Part shown: positions 24,982-32,000 of the stretch, piece by piece
Numbering within the stretch: position 1 is the first letter of the stretch
Layout of the letters: each line of letters starts with the position of its first letter
Assembly: GCA_037444445.1 (NCBI GenBank)
Contig: JBBIMK010000002.1
Span: 30,001-62,000 of the forward strand
Source of the DNA: a bacterium
GTDB taxonomy: Bacteria; UBP7; UBA6624; JBBIMK01
Direction of reading: 5' to 3'
Length of the DNA stretch: 32,000 nucleotides
Made by a program: the position numbers and the translations under genes
Notes under the pieces: model-generated
Seen by the model: the letters and a program-made list of their open reading frames with translations, nothing else
What the model was told of the DNA's origin: nothing
Databases searched by the model: none

Positions 24982-26058
24982 GGATGCTTTCACACCGTGT
25001 AGAGCCTGAAAAGTCGTGCCCATCCCTTCCGGGTTCAAAAGAGTTTTTAACCCCAGGTGAAAGGAAGTCTGCCGGGGCCCGGGTAAAGAGGGCTTCCTAT
25101 TTTCAAAGACTTGAAAAATTCCTGCCTCCACGAGGAAAAGGGCTTGTGGTTGCAAGGCATCCACCCGAAACTGGAAATGTTCCAGTCTTCTACGGAGCAC
25201 CGTGAAATTGACGAAAGCGGAAAGGTCCTCCTCACCAGGGGCTCCGTAAAGATTTTCAGATACTTGATGCTTCCGATGAGCGAGCACTGTTCCTCGGGGG
25301 TAACGCTGGAATAAATCTTTTGCCTCCGCCCCGTAATCCAGCGTCAAAAAGTGCCCTGCGGTCATCCGGGGAAGTAACAAGTCCAGAAAACCCACAATAT
25401 CTTCAGCCGTTTCCACTTCCTGCCCTTCCTGAAAAATCGTGCGGTATTCTTTCAGAAATTCCACGCATAAAAAACACTCCGGTTCCCGTAAGATTTCCAC
25501 AAAAGCAGACCCATTCCAGTCCACAAAAATTTCCAGAAATTTCCCCCGTCGGAAAATGTAACGCCGGACCGGAAACGCATCAAAGAACTCGTTCGATAAA
25601 ACAAGCCCTTGAAAAGATGGGATTTGTGTAACCTCTGAATACCATACCACTCTTTGGAGAACATCCAGGGGTAACTTTAAACTCAGGGCATCTTTCTGTC
25701 GTTCTGCAAGAGGCAGGCTTCTCTCTAAAATCGCATAACGGGTTTGGAGGAGAAGGTCAGGGTAAGTCTGCCAGAGAAAGGAGAGGAAATCCAGGGCAAG
25801 ATAACCTTCTCCACCGCCCAATTCCAGCACCATCCATTGGCTTGTGGAGGAGAAGTGAAGCGAATACCAGTGAGCGAGAGTCCAGCCAAAAAGGGCGCTA
25901 ACATGAGGATTGGTGAAGAAATCTCCGCGCTTCCCAATTCGCACTTTCTCGGTGGTATAATATCCGAGTTCCGGATGATAAAGACAATCTTCCATATAAT
26001 TATGAAAAGAAATAGGGCCGGATTTCCGAATCTTCTCAATCAGGAACTCTTTCAGCAT
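24973..26058 (-). CDS. MidA/NDUFAF7-type (DUF185) SAM-dependent methyltransferase
   Basis: 361 aa with GPISFHNYMEDCLYHPELGYYT, LELGGGEGYLA and SNEFFDAFPV. Its 3' end overlaps the convergent plus-strand gene by 9 bp. Confidence 0.8.
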   Translation of the reverse strand: MLKEFLIEKIRKSGPISFHNYMEDCLYHPELGYYTTEKVRIGKRGDFFTNPHVSALFGWTLAHWYSLHFSSTSQWMVLELGGGEGYLALDFLSFLWQTYPDLLLQTRYAILERSLPLAERQKDALSLKLPLDVLQRVVWYSEVTQIPSFQGLVLSNEFFDAFPVRRYIFRRGKFLEIFVDWNGSAFVEILREPECFLCVEFLKEYRTIFQEGQEVETAEDIVGFLDLLLPRMTAGHFLTLDYGAEAKDLFQRYPRGTVLAHRKHQVSENLYGAPGEEDLSAFVNFTVLRRRLEHFQFRVDALQPQALFLVEAGIFQVFENRKPSLPGPRQTSFHLGLKTLLNPEGMGTTFQALHGVKASSA

Positions 26059-26760
26059 TCAAAGATGTAAGGGAACTTTTTGGTCCAGCGTCACATCCGC
26101 CAGCGTAACCTTACAGCGATAGGCAGAGATATGAACTCCTTGTTCAACGGCTTTCCGGAGAGCTACTCCAAATTGAGGATGGAGATGGTCATTGGGCGAG
26201 AACGCCTTCGCGTCTTCACGCTGGATGATGAAGTAGACAAAAGAAGAGAAGCCCATTTTCAGAGCCTTCATCAGGTCCTCCAGGTGACGCACACCTCTTT
26301 CTGAGGCTGCATCAGGGAAAAAAGCCACCCGATTTTCTACCAGAGTGCAGGATTTCACTTCTATCAGTGCCGAGTGTCCTCGTCCGCGTGCAAGAAAATC
26401 CAGGCGACTTTTCTGGAAAGAATATTCAGGATGAATGGATATAGAAAATTTTTTTAGCTCAGGGAATTTTCCATTTTGAAAGCCCTCCAAAAAGATTGAA
26501 TTCGGCAGGCGAGAGTCCACAGATATCAGATGGTTTTGATGAGAAATTAGAATAAGGTCATAGGGCGTTTTTCTTTCAGAATCGGCAGAAACGGGCAGAA
26601 GAAAAACGGTGGAGCCCGGTTGTAATAGCTCTGTGAGACGACCTGGATTGGGTAGATGCGCCAGGACGGAGACGGGAGGAGACTTCAGGTGAACGCGAAC
26701 CAAAAAACGGTTCAGGCGGCTCAGAAATGTCGCCGGGATAGGATTGGCAGAGTAGTTCAT
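26059..26760 (-). CDS. sfsA: Sugar fermentation stimulation protein SfsA
   Basis: 233 aa with ATFLSRLNRFLVRVHL...AHLPNPGRL...IEVKSCTL, typical of SfsA. Its stop abuts the MidA start. Confidence 0.9.
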   Translation of the reverse strand: MNYSANPIPATFLSRLNRFLVRVHLKSPPVSVLAHLPNPGRLTELLQPGSTVFLLPVSADSERKTPYDLILISHQNHLISVDSRLPNSIFLEGFQNGKFPELKKFSISIHPEYSFQKSRLDFLARGRGHSALIEVKSCTLVENRVAFFPDAASERGVRHLEDLMKALKMGFSSFVYFIIQREDAKAFSPNDHLHPQFGVALRKAVEQGVHISAYRCKVTLADVTLDQKVPLHL

Positions 26761-26769
26761 ACGGGTGAC

Positions 26770-27567
26770 TCAGGAATAAACCGCATATTCTACTCTGCTT
26801 CGTCTCCCGCCTTGAAGAATATACCCGGGAGGCAAGACCACTTCCTCTGGACGGTCTTTATTCAATTTCACCACCACGCACTTTCGTGCCACCCGCCGGG
26901 CTTCATCAATGACCTTTTCGGAAAGGAAATCGTGGAGGGCTATCTCCCGAAGCGCCTCCCGGTCGGCACTGAAAAATTTAGGTCTGATAAACATCGGAGA
27001 GAAATAGATAGAGTCCACTGACGCAGAAGGCATCTTCTGGATATATTCCGTATGGTCTGCTACATTCACCTGAATTAGAGGAAAAACAAAAGAGCCTTCA
27101 GGAAAACGGTTCGTCGGATAAGTTTGCAAGCCGCGCCGGGTGATGTAAGCAATGAGAGGGTCTTTTTCCACACCAATGACACATCGGTGCGTAATGAATG
27201 CGATGACCAGAGCATCTGTAGCCAGTCCCAGGTTGGCATCCAGAACTTCGTCGCCTTCTTGAAGATGCAAACTCTCTACCATCCAGTCCCTCTTACCCTG
27301 TTGTAAACACCGAATGCGAATCTTTGCCAGTCCGGGATGAAAAAACAGACGCTGCCCCTTCCGCGTGTGACAGACAATTTGCTCGTTCTCTATCACAAGG
27401 ATTTTATCCGGGGTATGGTGACGCCAGAGGTTTTCCAGGGTAGTTCTTCTGCGAGGAAGAAAATACCCTCCCAAATCCCTTGCCACCATTCTTGCTATTT
27501 CCTCATCGCTTTTTCTCCGCAACAAAGTAGTGGTAATCAGTAAGTCCATCCATAAAAATTGTAGCAT
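26770..27567 (-). CDS. RsmJ-like (16S rRNA m2G1516-type) class I SAM-dependent methyltransferase
   Basis: VLDANLGLATDALVIAF...VIGVEKDPLIA resembles the RsmJ motif DATAGLGRDAFVLA. The start is uncertain, either ATG 27567 or 27549. The track start at 27618 lies inside a terminator hairpin and is unlikely. Confidence 0.65.
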   Translation of the reverse strand: MLQFLWMDLLITTTLLRRKSDEEIARMVARDLGGYFLPRRRTTLENLWRHHTPDKILVIENEQIVCHTRKGQRLFFHPGLAKIRIRCLQQGKRDWMVESLHLQEGDEVLDANLGLATDALVIAFITHRCVIGVEKDPLIAYITRRGLQTYPTNRFPEGSFVFPLIQVNVADHTEYIQKMPSASVDSIYFSPMFIRPKFFSADREALREIALHDFLSEKVIDEARRVARKCVVVKLNKDRPEEVVLPPGYILQGGRRSRVEYAVYS

Positions 27568-27569
27568 TG

Positions 27570-27635
27570 AAAAAATTCCCCGGCGTGAAAGGGAGAGGGG
27601 AATGCCTCTACTCTTCAATCCTTCACGCCGGGGAA
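27570..27635 (-). terminator. Rho-independent terminator downstream of the CxxCH/beta-barrel-like gene
   Basis: A perfect 14-bp inverted repeat pairs TTCCCCGGCGTGAA (27576-27589) with TTCACGCCGGGGAA (27622-27635). The 32-nt loop can itself pair (AGAGG...CCUCU). On the minus strand a run of 6 U (27570-27575) follows immediately. Confidence 0.6.
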
Positions 27636-27709
27636 GACGGAGGGTGAGATAATTCTACTTCCCTCTTTAGAATTGCACTCCCCTCTCATGTGGTGGCCGG
27701 GTCGTAAAA

Positions 27710-28822
27710 TTACAAGATTACATCCAGCATCCAGGTGAAGCGGTTATTGTCCGATTCCTCGCTATCTACCGTGTATTCCAGCGCGGTTCGGACATTCTCC
27801 CGAATTAGATAGCCGACATGGAATGTGGTGAAGTTCGCATCCACTTCCGGGGAAACATTATCGGAGTTGATGAACTCCCAGCGGGCATCGGCATAGGTTC
27901 GGCTGTTGAAGGGATAAGTAAGGCCAATGTGCCCCGTGTTGAATTCCGCATCGGAGGAGTTAGTCCCGGCATTTTGATAACTTTCTGCAGACCATACACC
28001 GGTAAAGGTAATGCTGTCTAAGGGAACTTTCACCGATGCGCCGAAGCGGGAGAAATCCTCCGAAGGACTGCCCCACTTTCCCCAGTAGCCGAACAGTCCG
28101 AGGTCAAAGGTGGGAGCCAGCAGATAGTTGATGTGCGCCCAGAAATCCTTGTGGGCATTGTTAGTATCCCCTTCCACCACGGCGATGTCAAACCAGAAGG
28201 GCTCAGACGGGCGACCATAGAGCATGAGACCGGGAGTATCCACGCCCAGGTTTTGGGCACCAACATAGGAATGGTCCTCAAAAAGGTATCTCTGGCGGGT
28301 GAGGCGGAAATGACCAGAGCCCAGTTTTGCCGCCAGCCAGTCATCCGGGGCAAAATTCCCAGCCCTCAAAGAAAGCCAGCCCGGTGTGTGATAATCCAGA
28401 TAGGTGGAGCCAGTTGCGGACGCACCCCCCTCAAACTCCACTTCACCAAAAAAGGAAAAGATGGGACCGAGGGCGCTGGCGAAGTTCACTTCATACTCAT
28501 CCGGAATGGTGAAGCGAGTTCGTTTGTTCTTGGGCTGGGACTTCTGATTTTCAACCACCCAGGATAACACCCGGAGACTCACCGGTGGAAGTTCAGGAAG
28601 GGTGAGCATATCGTTGGGAGAAGTAAAGTTCCCCCCTTCCTGATAATACCCCGCCTCTTTGAAATTCCTACCGAAGTCGTTCAACCGTGGAGGAGCGGGA
28701 GAGTGGCAGGTAGAGCATGCCAGCCCATACTGCCTTGCAAAAGGTGGAATGGCATGCGCCTGCCTCGGAATCACCAGAAAAACCACCATAACAATGAACC
28801 CCAAAAGAAGAATGTGACGCAT
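27710..28822 (-). CDS. Secreted single-CxxCH (c-type heme motif) protein with a beta-barrel-like body; family not recognised
   Basis: I set the start at ATG 28822 (MRHILLLGFIVMVVFLVIPRQAHA), with AAGGAGG 8 nt upstream. Just after the predicted signal peptide comes IPPFARQYGLACSTCHSP, with CSTCH encoded at 28703-28717. The remaining 300 aa or so are rich in alternating aromatic/polar residues and Gly, as in outer-membrane barrels. Confidence 0.75.
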   Translation of the reverse strand: MRHILLLGFIVMVVFLVIPRQAHAIPPFARQYGLACSTCHSPAPPRLNDFGRNFKEAGYYQEGGNFTSPNDMLTLPELPPVSLRVLSWVVENQKSQPKNKRTRFTIPDEYEVNFASALGPIFSFFGEVEFEGGASATGSTYLDYHTPGWLSLRAGNFAPDDWLAAKLGSGHFRLTRQRYLFEDHSYVGAQNLGVDTPGLMLYGRPSEPFWFDIAVVEGDTNNAHKDFWAHINYLLAPTFDLGLFGYWGKWGSPSEDFSRFGASVKVPLDSITFTGVWSAESYQNAGTNSSDAEFNTGHIGLTYPFNSRTYADARWEFINSDNVSPEVDANFTTFHVGYLIRENVRTALEYTVDSEESDNNRFTWMLDVIL

Positions 28823-29039
28823 AAAAGAAACCACCTCCTTATTTTTCGGGAGCAAGGAAAGAGCATTTCTCTCAGGAGCATTCGCCTTTTTCAACCCCCA
28901 CACGCCTTTTAACCCTCCTTTTTTCCTTGCCTCAGCCATCCTCTGATTTTAACTGTATAACATAAATGCTAAAAAATTGCAAGAGGGCGAAAAACTGTAA
29001 CCTTTTCAGAATGTTACCCATATTATTTTGTGGGTGTAG

Positions 29040-29344
29040 ATGGAAATTGGGGAAATACAGCTGCTGGTGGAAAAGGCAAAAGAAGGAGAGGAGGAAGCGT
29101 TTGAGCAACTGATGAATGCGTATGGAGGGTTTATTTATTCCATAGCCTATCGGATGCTGGGGCAAGGCGTTGCGGTGGATGATATATTTCAAGAAACCTT
29201 TCTGCGAGCGTGGCAGGGGCTGAAAAATTTTCACCCCGGGGGGGTAATTTTACGCACTGGCTCAAGCGCATTGCCATCAACCTCTGTATTGACCATTTTG
29301 AAGAAAAGGAGGGGGCTGAAGAAGGTTTAATCCAATTTCTCTAA
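29040..29344 (+). pseudogene. ECF sigma-70 family remnant: region 2 only, frameshifted at a G7 tract and lacking region 4
   Basis: Frame 0 gives EEAFEQLMNAYGGFIYSIAYRMLGQGVAVDDIFQETFLRAWQGLKNFHPGG. After the G run (29238-29244) the conserved continuation NFTHWLKRIAINLCIDHF is in the -1 frame. That frame stops at 29342-29344, inside the convergent peroxiredoxin gene. Confidence 0.6.
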
Positions 29345-29803
29345 TTCTTGAATAATGTCGTTCAGGTTGGGCTTGAGGCGCGGGTCGTCGCTGACCCACT
29401 GATAACGAATCACTCCGTTTTTATCAAGAATAAATACACTCCTTTTGGCAAGCCCTTTTAATCCGAGAAGGTCTTCCAGAACCACTCCATAACTTTGTAT
29501 AACTTTTTTATTAAAATCGCTCAACAGTGGAAATTTTAATTGATACTTCTTGATGAATTCATTGTGAACGAAGGGCGTATCTACGCTGATGGCGAAAACC
29601 CTGGCATTCAGCCGATTGAAACGCTCCAGATTTTCTGCCACCTCACACATTTCGCTGGTGCAAACCGAAGTGAAGGCGCCCGGAAAAAAGAGTAAAACGA
29701 TGTTCTCTTTCCCTATGACTTCACTCAGGGTGATTTTACCGATGGATTCGCCGTTTGCACTGGGCAGAGTAAAATCTGGAGCCTGTTCATTTATTTGAAC
29801 CAT
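29327..29803 (-). CDS. Peroxiredoxin, BCP/PrxQ-like (AhpC/TSA family)
   Basis: APDFTLPS...LLFFPGAFTSVCTSEMC has the two Cys five residues apart, as in BCP/PrxQ. I set the start at ATG 29803, with GGGAGG 9 nt upstream. The track start at 29824 is less likely. Confidence 0.9.
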   Translation of the reverse strand: MVQINEQAPDFTLPSANGESIGKITLSEVIGKENIVLLFFPGAFTSVCTSEMCEVAENLERFNRLNARVFAISVDTPFVHNEFIKKYQLKFPLLSDFNKKVIQSYGVVLEDLLGLKGLAKRSVFILDKNGVIRYQWVSDDPRLKPNLNDIIQELEKLD

Positions 29804-29870
29804 TTCTCTCAACCTCCCTATCATAGTGTATCACGAAAAAGCAGTGGGGGGTCTTATAATAATAGTCGGT

Positions 29871-32000
29871 ATGGCAAAAAAGGTGAAGGAGTGGCATCGT
29901 GAGAAAAAAAAATTCTTAGAGGCGAAGCCAGAGGAGTTGCGATGGCGTTGTTCTCCTTCTCTTTTTCCATTTGAGACCACGGAAGAATGGCATGGTGTCG
30001 TAGGGTTTATCAATCAAGAGCGGGCTTACCAGGCCCTCACCCTCGGCGTCCGAATGCCAGAGGGAGGTTACAATATTTTTGTTTCCGGGCCACCGGAAAC
30101 GGGCAGAAGAACCATGGTTCAGGCTTACCTGGAGGAGATAGCCGCTCGGGAATCCACTCCCCCCGATTTGTGTTATGTGTATAATTTTGAAGACCCGAAT
30201 AAACCAAAAGCCATTAGCCTTCCCGCTGGCAAAGGAACTCTCCTGGCAAAGGATATGGAGAGCCTGGTGCGAGACTTAAAAACAAAATTGCCGGAAACCC
30301 TCCAGAGCAAAGATTATGAAGGACGCTTGACACCCATTTTGAAGAAAAGTCAGGAGGAGCAGGAAAGTTTGTTTGAACAGTTGAAACAACGAGCGCTGAA
30401 AAGAGGATTGATGATTCAGAGCACCAAAACCGGAATGGAAGTGATCCCCTTACTGGAAAATCGTCCCATCAGTCAAGAGGAGTTTGAGCAACTGCCCGAT
30501 GAAAAAAGGAAGGAAATTTTAGAGAATCAAGAAGAGATAGAGGAATTGATACGCTCTTTCCTCAGAAAAATTAAAGAATTGCAACAGAAAGCCAAGGAAC
30601 GCATTGAAAAAGTTAATGAGGATGTGATATCCTTTATTGTTCAGCCGTTTTTTGACGATTTAATGAGCAAATATGGGGGGATTTCTGAGGTGGCGAAATA
30701 TCTGGAAGAAGTCCGCACCCATATCCTGTCTCATATTCGGGATTTTCTTCCCTCATCGGAAACCCCATTGCCCTTTCCCACGCCGGAAAAATCCCTTTCT
30801 GAATACTCTGTGAATGTGATAGTGGATAACGGGCATTTAATGGGTGCGCCTGTGATTTTTGAAACCAATCCCACTTATTACAATCTGTTTGGAAAGATTG
30901 AAAAGAAGCCTTATCTGGGCGGTCTCTACAGCGATTTTACGATGATTCGCGCCGGAAGCCTACACCGCGCCAATGGCGGATACCTCCTGGTCTATGCCCG
31001 AGAAGTACTGATGAACCCTGGAACCTACGATTCTCTGAAACGCGCCATAAAATTCAGTCAGATAACCATAGAAGACCTGGCGGAAACCCTGGGTCTCATC
31101 CCCACCACAGGGCTCAAACCCGAACCCATTCCTCTTCGTGTGAAAGTCATTATGATTGGCTCTCCTGCTATTTATCATCTTCTCAGCACTTATGACGAGG
31201 ATTTTCATCGCACTTTCAAGGTTCGTGCCGATTTTGACTCGGTGATGGAAAATAATGAAAGATACTTGAGGAGCCTGTATCATTTTGTCATTCGGGTAAT
31301 TCGGGAAGATGGCTTGCTCCCTATGAGCGCCACCGGGGTGGCGAGACTGGCTGAACATATGGTCCGAATGAGTGGAACGAAGGACAAATTGACGGCTCGT
31401 TTCGGAGCCATACGAGATGTCATCCGCGAAGCCTCCTTCTATGCTGAGCAATGGGGAGCGAAAGTCATTACCTCGGACCATATTCAACACGCGTTAGAGC
31501 AAAGGGTTTACCGCTCCAATTTAATTGAGGAAAAAATTCTGGAGATGATTCAAAAAAATCAGATTTTACTGGATGTGCGTGGGAAGGCGGTAGGGCAGGT
31601 GAATGGACTCTCCGTCTACCAAATTGGAGATTTTTCTTTCGGTCGTCCTTCCCGTATCACCGCTCAAACCTTCGTCGGTCAATCGGGGGTCGTTGACATT
31701 GAGCGAGAGGTGGAACTCTCCGGGCCCGTTCACCAGAAAGGGGTGCTGATTTTAAGTGGATTCCTGGGTGGACGCTTTGCCCAAAACTTCCCTCTCACAC
31801 TTTCCGCCACTCTCTGCTTTGAGCAATCCTATACGGAAGTGGAGGGCGATAGCGCCTCAGCCGCTGAACTCTTTGCTCTGCTGTCCAGGCTCTCCAATAT
31901 CCCTCTCCGACAAGATATCGCCGTCACTGGCTCTATTAACCAAAATGGAGAAATTCAACCCATCGGGGGCGTCAATGAGAAAATTGAAGGCTTCTTCAAA
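29871..32000 (+). CDS. Lon-like protease of the LonC type (AAA-like domain with a long helical insertion, S16 protease domain), 3'-truncated by the window edge
   Basis: The frame is open for 710 codons from ATG 29871 to the window end. It is absent from the ORF track because it has no stop. The N-terminus is FPFETTEEW...INQERAYQALTLGV...GYNIFVSGPPETGRRT. A Glu/Lys-rich helical insertion follows, then ANGGYLLVYAREVL. The protease domain has VNGLSV..., EGDSASAAELFALLS and GGVNEKIEGF. Confidence 0.85.
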   Translation, partial: MAKKVKEWHREKKKFLEAKPEELRWRCSPSLFPFETTEEWHGVVGFINQERAYQALTLGVRMPEGGYNIFVSGPPETGRRTMVQAYLEEIAARESTPPDLCYVYNFEDPNKPKAISLPAGKGTLLAKDMESLVRDLKTKLPETLQSKDYEGRLTPILKKSQEEQESLFEQLKQRALKRGLMIQSTKTGMEVIPLLENRPISQEEFEQLPDEKRKEILENQEEIEELIRSFLRKIKELQQKAKERIEKVNEDVISFIVQPFFDDLMSKYGGISEVAKYLEEVRTHILSHIRDFLPSSETPLPFPTPEKSLSEYSVNVIVDNGHLMGAPVIFETNPTYYNLFGKIEKKPYLGGLYSDFTMIRAGSLHRANGGYLLVYAREVLMNPGTYDSLKRAIKFSQITIEDLAETLGLIPTTGLKPEPIPLRVKVIMIGSPAIYHLLSTYDEDFHRTFKVRADFDSVMENNERYLRSLYHFVIRVIREDGLLPMSATGVARLAEHMVRMSGTKDKLTARFGAIRDVIREASFYAEQWGAKVITSDHIQHALEQRVYRSNLIEEKILEMIQKNQILLDVRGKAVGQVNGLSVYQIGDFSFGRPSRITAQTFVGQSGVVDIEREVELSGPVHQKGVLILSGFLGGRFAQNFPLTLSATLCFEQSYTEVEGDSASAAELFALLSRLSNIPLRQDIAVTGSINQNGEIQPIGGVNEKIEGFFK

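Noticed and set aside
28823-28939. 39-codon N-terminal extension (MAEARKKGG...) of the CxxCH/barrel ORF
   Set aside because: The internal ATG at 28822 has AAGGAGG at the right spacing and starts a typical signal peptide. The extension would bury that signal peptide.
28992-29016. GTAAC-N12-GTTAC inverted repeat in the spacer between the barrel gene and the sigma remnant, considered as an operator or ECF promoter
   Set aside because: The arms are only 5 bp in AT-rich sequence, which is expected by chance. It does not resemble the usual ECF GGAAC...CGT-type promoter layout.
30960-31490. 176-aa minus-strand ORF inside the Lon-like gene
   Set aside because: It is a shadow ORF antisense to a clearly conserved coding frame, with no RBS or motifs.

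Overview
Densely coding 32-kb bacterial chromosomal segment of intermediate GC content (judged by eye, not computed). I support about 36 protein-coding genes, 2 tRNAs, 1 intrinsic terminator and 1 decayed sigma-factor gene. I see no rRNA, CRISPR array, transposase, integrase or phage genes. Genes sit in a few long co-directional arrays with many 1-4 nt stop/start overlaps (ATGA, TTGA) and strong GGAGG Shine-Dalgarno sites.

Gene content, left to right:
- Plus strand, 3-4917: Hsp70-like tail, zinc-ribbon/TPR protein, TrmH-family methyltransferase, MeaB GTPase, and a split B12-dependent acyl-CoA mutase.
- Minus strand, 14095 down to 4983: Crp/Fnr regulator, HDAC-family deacetylase, dapF, hflX, rplU, rpmA, obg, nadD, LCP-family protein, rsfS, tRNA-Ala, a Gly/Pro-rich secreted protein, and pdaD.
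- Minus strand, 14214-16177: nfi, tRNA-Leu, and a Met-rich secreted protein.
- Plus strand, 16289-24981: ABC ATPase, polytopic membrane protein, EF-G paralogue, orphan LeuD-like subunit, thiolase, CysK/CBS-like enzyme, BON lipoprotein, and a cystathionine gamma-lyase/synthase-like enzyme.
- Minus strand, 24973-27567: RsmJ-like methyltransferase, sfsA, and a MidA-type methyltransferase.
- 27710-32000: a monocistronic CxxCH plus beta-barrel-like protein, an ECF sigma remnant, a BCP/PrxQ peroxiredoxin, and a LonC-type protease that runs off the window.

I found no clear-cut new multi-gene system such as a defence island. The best leads are:
1. The tightly packed ABC ATPase / membrane protein / EF-G paralogue module. 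The paralogue lacks the catalytic His and the NKxD motif.
2. The single-heme beta-barrel-like protein with its own promoter region and terminator.
3. The acyl-CoA mutase, whose specificity residues are isobutyryl-CoA-mutase-like (Phe89, Gln207) rather than methylmalonyl-CoA-mutase-like.
4. Two unusual low-complexity secreted proteins, one Met-rich and one Gly/Pro-rich.
5. A Lon-like protease with degenerate Walker motifs.

All family calls come from reading motifs by eye. No database search was run.
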